Origin: Candidatus Pacebacteria bacterium CG2_30_36_39
Lineage (GTDB): Bacteria > Patescibacteriota > Microgenomatia > UBA1400 > PJMF01
Direction: 5' to 3'
NCBI GenBank assembly: GCA_001873435.1
Contig: MNZB01000004.1
Coordinates: 78,030-142,029, forward strand
Length of the DNA: 64,000 nucleotides
Below the pieces are notes generated by a model, which made no database searches, was not told the origin of the DNA, and was given only the letters and a program-made list of their open reading frames with translations. Positions within the stretch are counted from its first letter, which is position 1, and each line of letters begins with the position of its first letter. The translations under genes were made by a program, and so were the position numbers. Below are positions 58,002 through 64,000 of the stretch, piece after piece.

Positions 58002-60137
58002 CTAGCGAACGTTTGTTCCCTTGCGCTCTTCTACGATCTTTTCAGTAATGCTTTTTGGCACCTCGTCATAATGACTTGGCAACAACACACTACTAGCACG
58101 ACCTTGGGTCATACTTCTCAAGATTGTAACATAGCCTTGCATCTCTGCCAACGGAACAAGAGCAGTAATGATCACTGCCTTACCTCGATTGGTAGTACCT
58201 TGAATCTGAGCTCTTTTACTACCAAGATCGCCAATCACATCACCCATAAATTCCTCAGGAGTCGAAACTTCTAGTTTCATAATAGGTTCAATTAAAACCA
58301 TTCCTGCAGTCTTCATGGCTTCACGCATACCCAAAGAACCAGCCATCTTAAAGGAAAGTTCACTAGAGTCAACGTCATGATAAGAACCGTCATAAAGAGT
58401 AACTTTAATATCGGTCATTGGATAACCAGCCAAGAAACCTCTCTCAAGAGATTCTTTAATACCTTTATTGGTAGGCTCAATATATTCACGAGGCACTACA
58501 CCACCAGTAATAGCATTTACAAATTCATAGCCAGTACCACGATCTTGTGGCTCAACTTTAAGCAATACATGACCATATTGACCACGACCACCAGTTTGTT
58601 TGATGTATTTACCTTCACCATTGGCTGCTTGAGTAATAGTTTCACGATAAGCTACTTGAGGAGCACCTACATCAGCATCAACTTTAAATTCACGTTTCAT
58701 ACGATCAACGATGATTTCTAGATGCAATTCACCCATACCACCAATCACAGTTTGACCAGTTTCATGATCAACTTTAATTGAAAAAGTAGGATCTTCTTCT
58801 GAAAGTTTATTCAAAGCTAAGCCCATTTTCTCTTGGTCAGACTTGGTTTTTGGTTCAATTGCCAAAGAAATAACTGGCTCTGCAAAAGTAATACCTTCCA
58901 AAACAATTGGATCATTTTCGTCAGAAAGAGTGTCTCCAGTTTTAGTTTCTTTAAGACCTACGATAGCAACAATTTCTCCAGCGCGAGCTTCGTCAATCTC
59001 CTCACGCTTGTTTGCATGCATAAGAAGCAAACGACCCACACGCTCTTTTTCATCACGAGTAGAGTTATAAACATAACTACCAGATTTCAAAACACCAGAA
59101 TAAACACGGAAGAAAGTTAACTTACCTACGTGAGGATCAGTTTGAATTTTGAAAGCCAAACCAGCAAATTTTTCTTCTGAAACTAACTTGCGAGTAATTT
59201 CTTCTTCAGTATTTGGCTTAAGACCAGTAATATGTTCGATATCATTTGGAGAGGGAAGATATTCAACTACAGCATCGAGCAAAACTTGAATACCAGTATT
59301 TTTCAAAGAAGAACCAGCAAAAACTGGAACTAACTTATAACTAATAACAGCTTTACGAAGAGCAGACTTAAGTTCATTAACAGAAATTTCTTCTTCTGCA
59401 AAGAATTTTTCCATAATTACATCATCAGTTTCAGCAATTGATTCAACCAAAGCTGCACGCATCTCTTCCATTTGAGCTTTGTATTCTTCTGGAACTTCCA
59501 TAATTTCTGGCTCAGTAGCAGCGGCATGATCTTTCCAGAATAAAGCTTTGCGCTCTAATAATTGAATTACACCCTTAAAATCATTTTCAGATCCCATTGG
59601 TAAAACCATTACAGCTGGAACAACACCAAATTTATCTCTAATATCTTGGACAGTAGCCAAGAAATCAGCACCTAATTTATCCATTTTATTAACAAAACAA
59701 ACACGAGGAACATTATATTTGTCAGCCTGACGCCAAACAGTCTCTGATTGGGACTGTACACCTTCAGAAGCGTCTAGTACTGTCACACCACCATCAAGTA
59801 CACGTAAAGAACGCTCTACTTCAGCAGTAAAGTCTACGTGACCCGGAGTATCAATGATATTAAAACGATATTCTTCACTTGAAAGATTGGTTTCAAAATA
59901 TGGCTTCCAAAAAGCGGTGGTAGCAGCAGACACAATGGTAATACCACGTTCTTGTTCTTGCTCCATCCAGTCCATGGTTGCAGCACCTTCATGTACCTCA
60001 CCAATTTTATAGTTACGACCTGTGTAAAAAAGAATGCGCTCGGTAGTGGTAGTTTTACCAGCATCAATATGAGCAATAATACCAATATTTCTCACTCTCT
60101 CTAGAGGAACTCTTTTATTTGCGCTTTTGTCTGACAT
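58002..60137 (-). CDS. fusA: elongation factor G
   Basis: [27 protein letters not shown]; 711 aa. Confidence 0.95.
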   Translation of the reverse strand: MSDKSANKRVPLERVRNIGIIAHIDAGKTTTTERILFYTGRNYKIGEVHEGAATMDWMEQEQERGITIVSAATTAFWKPYFETNLSSEEYRFNIIDTPGHVDFTAEVERSLRVLDGGVTVLDASEGVQSQSETVWRQADKYNVPRVCFVNKMDKLGADFLATVQDIRDKFGVVPAVMVLPMGSENDFKGVIQLLERKALFWKDHAAATEPEIMEVPEEYKAQMEEMRAALVESIAETDDVIMEKFFAEEEISVNELKSALRKAVISYKLVPVFAGSSLKNTGIQVLLDAVVEYLPSPNDIEHITGLKPNTEEEITRKLVSEEKFAGLAFKIQTDPHVGKLTFFRVYSGVLKSGSYVYNSTRDEKERVGRLLLMHANKREEIDEARAGEIVAIVGLKETKTGDTLSDENDPIVLEGITFAEPVISLAIEPKTKSDQEKMGLALNKLSEEDPTFSIKVDHETGQTVIGGMGELHLEIIVDRMKREFKVDADVGAPQVAYRETITQAANGEGKYIKQTGGRGQYGHVLLKVEPQDRGTGYEFVNAITGGVVPREYIEPTNKGIKESLERGFLAGYPMTDIKVTLYDGSYHDVDSSELSFKMAGSLGMREAMKTAGMVLIEPIMKLEVSTPEEFMGDVIGDLGSKRAQIQGTTNRGKAVIITALVPLAEMQGYVTILRSMTQGRASSVLLPSHYDEVPKSITEKIVEERKGTNVR

Positions 60138-60252
60138 AAATGTTTTACCTTTTTACTATTAATTAGATTAAAGAAACTATTCATACCAACCAGCTCTTTT
60201 TACTTAAAGCAAAAAGATTCCCCTGCCAGGAATAAGGAAGGTTTCCATGTTT

Positions 60253-60729
60253 CTACCAACGGAAGTGTGAGAAAGCCTTGTTAGCCTCAGCCATACGGTG
60301 AGAGGATAACTTCTTTTCAATAGCACCACCGGTGTTTTCAATGGAATCGAGAATTTCTGCAGCTAATTTTTCTGCGTAAGAATGATATTCTTTGTTAGAA
60401 CGTTTGTTTGATTCTAGAACTAACCAACGAAGAGATAAAGACGAAGCTCTTCTTGGTTGAACAGGCATAGGAACCTGATAAGAAGCACCACCAACACGGC
60501 GAGAACGAACTTCCATTTGAGGAGTAATATTCTTAAGAGCTTCTTCTAAGACTTCAACTGGCTTTTTATTTAATTTTTCAGCTGCAAATTCAAGACCTGC
60601 ATAAACCTGTTTTTGAGCCACAGATTTCTTGCCATCTCTCATTGAGCGATGAATTAAACGAGCTACCAAGACTGAACCATATTTGGCGTCTGGAGCGACT
60701 TCACGAAGTTTTGCTTTCTTTGTTCTCAT
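60253..60729 (-). CDS. rpsG: 30S ribosomal protein S7
   Basis: 158 aa. Confidence 0.9.
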   Translation of the reverse strand: MRTKKAKLREVAPDAKYGSVLVARLIHRSMRDGKKSVAQKQVYAGLEFAAEKLNKKPVEVLEEALKNITPQMEVRSRRVGGASYQVPMPVQPRRASSLSLRWLVLESNKRSNKEYHSYAEKLAAEILDSIENTGGAIEKKLSSHRMAEANKAFSHFRW

Positions 60730-60732
60730 GCC

Positions 60733-61146
60733 TTATTTTCCCTTTTTCACACCATATTTACTGCGACTGGTTTTACGGTCAGTGACACCAGCACAATCAT
60801 ATTTACCACGAACGATATGATATTTCACACCTGGAAGATCTTTAACACGTCCACCACGAACCATAACTACACTGTGCTCAGCGAGGTTATGACCTTCACC
60901 TTGGATGTATGCCGTAACTTCCATTCTATTTGAAAGACGGACACGAGCAACTTTGCGTAAAGCTGAGTTTGGTTTTTTTGGAGTCATGGTTTTAACCACG
61001 GTACAAACACCACGCTTCTGAGGGCTCATGGCTTTAACTGGTTTACCAGTCAAAGAGTTGAAGGCACGACGCAAAGCAGTAGCTTTAATGCGCTTGGATC
61101 GGTCGGTTCTTCCTCCCTTTCGAATGAGTTGATTAATTGTAGGCAT
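60733..61146 (-). CDS. rpsL: 30S ribosomal protein S12
   Basis: [13 protein letters not shown]...[10 protein letters not shown]. Confidence 0.9.
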   Translation of the reverse strand: MPTINQLIRKGGRTDRSKRIKATALRRAFNSLTGKPVKAMSPQKRGVCTVVKTMTPKKPNSALRKVARVRLSNRMEVTAYIQGEGHNLAEHSVVMVRGGRVKDLPGVKYHIVRGKYDCAGVTDRKTSRSKYGVKKGK

Positions 61147-61181
61147 AAATCTTATTTACTTTCTTCCTTTTTTCAATTTCG

Positions 61182-61242
61182 GATTGTGGGATTGTAACAT
61201 GGCGAGTGAAGTTTTACCACTCGATGTTACAACCCCACAATT
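61182..61242 (-). other. long imperfect stem-loop in the rpoC-rpsL intergenic spacer (possible processing or attenuation element)
   Basis: ggattgtgggattgtaacat...atgttacaaccccacaatt forms about 18 bp with one mismatch; apical inner hairpin cgagtg...cactcg; no U-tract follows on the transcribed strand. Confidence 0.45.
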
Positions 61243-61246
61243 AATT

Positions 61247-64000
61247 TTACATTTCTCTAGCTCGTTCCTCACTGGTAGGAATTAATCTACCGATGATAAC
61301 GTTTTCCTTCAAACCACTGAGTGTATCGATCTTTCCAGCAGATGCAGCGTCAGTTAACACATGTTTAGTGTGTTGGAATGAAGCAGCAGAAAGCCAAGAA
61401 TCAGTGAACAATGAAGACCTGGTAATACCCAACAAGAGGACTTTAGCAGTAGCAGGTTCACCGCCGGCAGCCATAGTTTCATCATTAACAGCCATAAAGC
61501 GACTGCGTTCTGAAATTTCTCCAGTTAAATACTCAGTATCACCACTCATTTCGATGCGAACTTTATCTCCCATCTTACGAGCGATTACTTCAAAGTGACG
61601 ATCATTAATTGAGATACCTTGAGACTCATAAACATATTGCACTTGGCTAATAATATGTTGTTGAGCATAAAGCATACCTTGTAATTGCAAAAGCTCTTGG
61701 ATATCAGCTCCACCAGCAGTTAACAATTGACCTGGATGAACCAAATCACCATTCTCAACAATGATTGCAACATTAGAAGGAACGTTATATTGCTCTTCTT
61801 CGGTTGGAGGAGTGGTTGAAGTAATGGTGATGATCTTTTCTTCATCATTTTCTTCAATTTTCACTTTGCCACCAATACGAGCAATAACTGCAGGTAATTT
61901 TGGATTACGAGCTTCAAGTAACTCTTCTACGCGAGGTAAGCCCTGGGTAACGTCAAGACCAACGATACCACCAGAGTGTTTAACACGCATTGTAAGCTGA
62001 GTACCTGGCTCACCAATAGATTGAGCAGCAATTACACCAACTGGTACGCCAATCTCAACTTTTTCTCTGGTTGAGAAATCCCAACCATAGCAAGTTTGAC
62101 ACAAACCACGGCGAGCTTCACAAGTTAATGGTGAACGAATCACGACTGACTCAATTGCTTCATTGGTATCAAAAATCTTGGCTAATTCGTCATTAACAAT
62201 ATCACCTTTTTTGGCAATTACTTTTCTGCCGTCTTTGACATCTTCAGCTAAGAAGCGACCAATGAGACGGTTATAAAATGCGTCACGACGATGCTCTTTA
62301 GAAATCTCAATACCCTTGGTGGTTTCACAATCCTCCATACGAATGATGGCATCATGAGAAACATCGCTCAAACGTCTGGTTAAATAACCAGCATCAGCAG
62401 TTTTGATAGCTGAGTCTGTTAAGCCCTTACGAGAACCACGAGCGGAAGTAACGTATTCGAAAATTGTCAAACCTTGTCTAAAGTTAGACTTAGTTGGCAT
62501 TTCCACGATATTACCCAATGGATCGACTACTAAACCACGCATGGCTGCTAGCTGCTTAACCTGATCTTTAGAAGCACGAGTACCTCCAGAGTCGATCATG
62601 ATTTTTACAGCATTATCATTATCATATGAATTCCAAGTTTTTTCAGCTAATTCATCAGTTGTTTGCATCCAAACATCAATTGATTTTCTGCGACGTTCTT
62701 CGTCAGTAATCAAACCTTGGAAATAACTCTCCTGAACTGCTTCTACACGCTTATTAGCTTTATCAACGATAGCTGGTTTTTCATCAATCATACGACAGTC
62801 AGTCACAGATACTGATAAACCAGATCTAGTTGCAGCTTCAAAACCAAGATTCTTAATTGAGTCAATTAAACGAGCAACTTCTGAATCCTCATAGGTTTCG
62901 ATAGCGCGAGTAATCAATTCTTTAATATCTTTTGCTTTAACTGGTGCATTTACATAAGCAACGCCAGTTGGCATAAGATCATTAAAGCGCATGCGACCAA
63001 TGGTTGTAACCAAAATACCAACCTCTGGCAAACGCACAGTAATAGGTTGGCGTAAATTGACTAAACCAATTTGGAAAGCATGATATGCCTCATCTTTAGA
63101 AGCAAAGATGGTTGGCAATTTTTCAAGCTTCTCATCAATGGAGGTGTAATAATACACACCCATAGCCATTTCTTTATTTGGCACGGTGATAGGCTCACCG
63201 TTTGCTGGTTTCAACAAATTATGAGTAGCCATCATTAATTCTTCAGCTTCTTTACGAGCTTCTTTGGTCAAAGGTACATGAACAGCCATCTGGTCACCAT
63301 CAAAGTCAGCGTTATATCCAGAACATACACAAGGATGTAAGCGGATAGCACTTCCTTCAATTAACTGAGGATAGAAAGCTTGCATACCAAGCTTATGAAG
63401 GGTTGGGGCACGGTTCAAAATCACTGGGTGATTAGCCGTAACTTTTTCCAAAACATCATAAACCTCTGGTTCTCTACGATCAACTAAGTGACGAGCACTC
63501 TTAACATTAGGAGCTACTCCTTGAACAATTAATTCACGCAAAACATATGGTTTGAACATTTCCAAAGCCATATCTTTTGGCAAACCGCATTGATCAAGTT
63601 GTAATTCTGGACCGACAACGATAACACTACGACCTGAATAGTCTACGCGCTTACCAAGTAAGTTTTGACGGAAACGACCCTGTTTACCTCTCAACATTTC
63701 AGAGAGAGATCTCAAAGGTCTGCGATTGGATCTACGTCTGGTTTGACGAGCTTGACTACTATCAATTAATGAATCAACAGCTTCTTGAAGCATGCGCTTT
63801 TCATTGCGCAAAATAATTTCTGGAGCACCAAAAGAAATCAAATGTTTCAAACGATTGTTGCGATTAATAACTCTGCGATAAAGATCGTTAAGATCTGAAG
63901 AGGCAAAGCGACCACCAGAAAGTTGCACCATAGGACGTAAGTCTGCTGGTAAAACTGGCAAGATAGTTAAGAACATCGACTCTGGACTGATATTGGCTTT
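61247..64000 (-). CDS. rpoC: DNA-directed RNA polymerase subunit beta' (3' portion; N-terminus beyond window end)
   Basis: NADFDGD catalytic motif, trigger loop and C-terminal regions; frame open to window edge. Confidence 0.9.
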   Translation of the reverse strand, partial: KANISPESMFLTILPVLPADLRPMVQLSGGRFASSDLNDLYRRVINRNNRLKHLISFGAPEIILRNEKRMLQEAVDSLIDSSQARQTRRRSNRRPLRSLSEMLRGKQGRFRQNLLGKRVDYSGRSVIVVGPELQLDQCGLPKDMALEMFKPYVLRELIVQGVAPNVKSARHLVDRREPEVYDVLEKVTANHPVILNRAPTLHKLGMQAFYPQLIEGSAIRLHPCVCSGYNADFDGDQMAVHVPLTKEARKEAEELMMATHNLLKPANGEPITVPNKEMAMGVYYYTSIDEKLEKLPTIFASKDEAYHAFQIGLVNLRQPITVRLPEVGILVTTIGRMRFNDLMPTGVAYVNAPVKAKDIKELITRAIETYEDSEVARLIDSIKNLGFEAATRSGLSVSVTDCRMIDEKPAIVDKANKRVEAVQESYFQGLITDEERRRKSIDVWMQTTDELAEKTWNSYDNDNAVKIMIDSGGTRASKDQVKQLAAMRGLVVDPLGNIVEMPTKSNFRQGLTIFEYVTSARGSRKGLTDSAIKTADAGYLTRRLSDVSHDAIIRMEDCETTKGIEISKEHRRDAFYNRLIGRFLAEDVKDGRKVIAKKGDIVNDELAKIFDTNEAIESVVIRSPLTCEARRGLCQTCYGWDFSTREKVEIGVPVGVIAAQSIGEPGTQLTMRVKHSGGIVGLDVTQGLPRVEELLEARNPKLPAVIARIGGKVKIEENDEEKIITITSTTPPTEEEQYNVPSNVAIIVENGDLVHPGQLLTAGGADIQELLQLQGMLYAQQHIISQVQYVYESQGISINDRHFEVIARKMGDKVRIEMSGDTEYLTGEISERSRFMAVNDETMAAGGEPATAKVLLLGITRSSLFTDSWLSAASFQHTKHVLTDAASAGKIDTLSGLKENVIIGRLIPTSEERAREM

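Noticed and set aside
41074-61598. Numerous 60-160-aa ORFs on the plus strand opposite the ribosomal protein, tuf, fusA and rpoC genes
   Set aside because: They lie antisense inside strongly conserved genes, have low-complexity compositions mirroring the sense strand, and have no start or RBS context; treated as spurious.

Overview
AT-rich, densely coding bacterial window; GC looks about one-third by eye. Many genes overlap by 1-8 bp, suggesting translational coupling. Features in favour of a small-genome Candidate Phyla Radiation (Patescibacteria)-like organism, all inference from sequence: no rpmD (L30) between rpsE and rplO, no map in the spc operon, several ribosomal proteins with Lys/Ala-rich tails, LPXTG and FemAB genes, and patchy nucleotide metabolism. 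Release factor 2 (GGQ and SPF motifs, one continuous frame) argues for the standard code with UGA as stop. 1-10 kb: Crp/Fnr regulator, a slightly higher-GC islet (DUF1599-like protein and a small secreted protein), the ftsE-ftsX-M23 peptidase division operon, and prfB. 10-18 kb: a coupled operon of alpha/beta hydrolase, a membrane-anchored MurF-like ligase, a DegT aminotransferase and a FemAB-family transferase, followed by GT4 and GT2 glycosyltransferases, a HAD hydrolase and an ATP-grasp-like protein. 18.8-35.4 kb: three class-II Ser-type tRNAs. The middle one appears to carry an ACU anticodon and abuts a compositionally atypical, N-terminally extended Prs-like gene. This stretch also holds small stress/membrane proteins with a ribbon-helix-helix gene, GreA, a Cof hydrolase, tandem GT-C membrane glycosyltransferases, anchored SGNH hydrolases and a NUDIX hydrolase. 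It also has an argininosuccinate synthase fused to a CarB-type MGS-like domain in an operon with a CodA-like amidohydrolase and a PyrD-like dehydrogenase. 36-40 kb: LPXTG repeat protein, patatin, sugar nucleotidyltransferase, lamin-tail-domain surface protein, VanZ, HU. 40.8-64 kb, all on the minus strand: rplM-rpsI, the alpha, spc and S10 operons, tuf, fusA, rpsG, rpsL and the 3' part of rpoC (truncated at the window end). No CRISPR array, integrase or transposase was recognised. All family assignments rest on motif recognition in the supplied translations, not on database searches.
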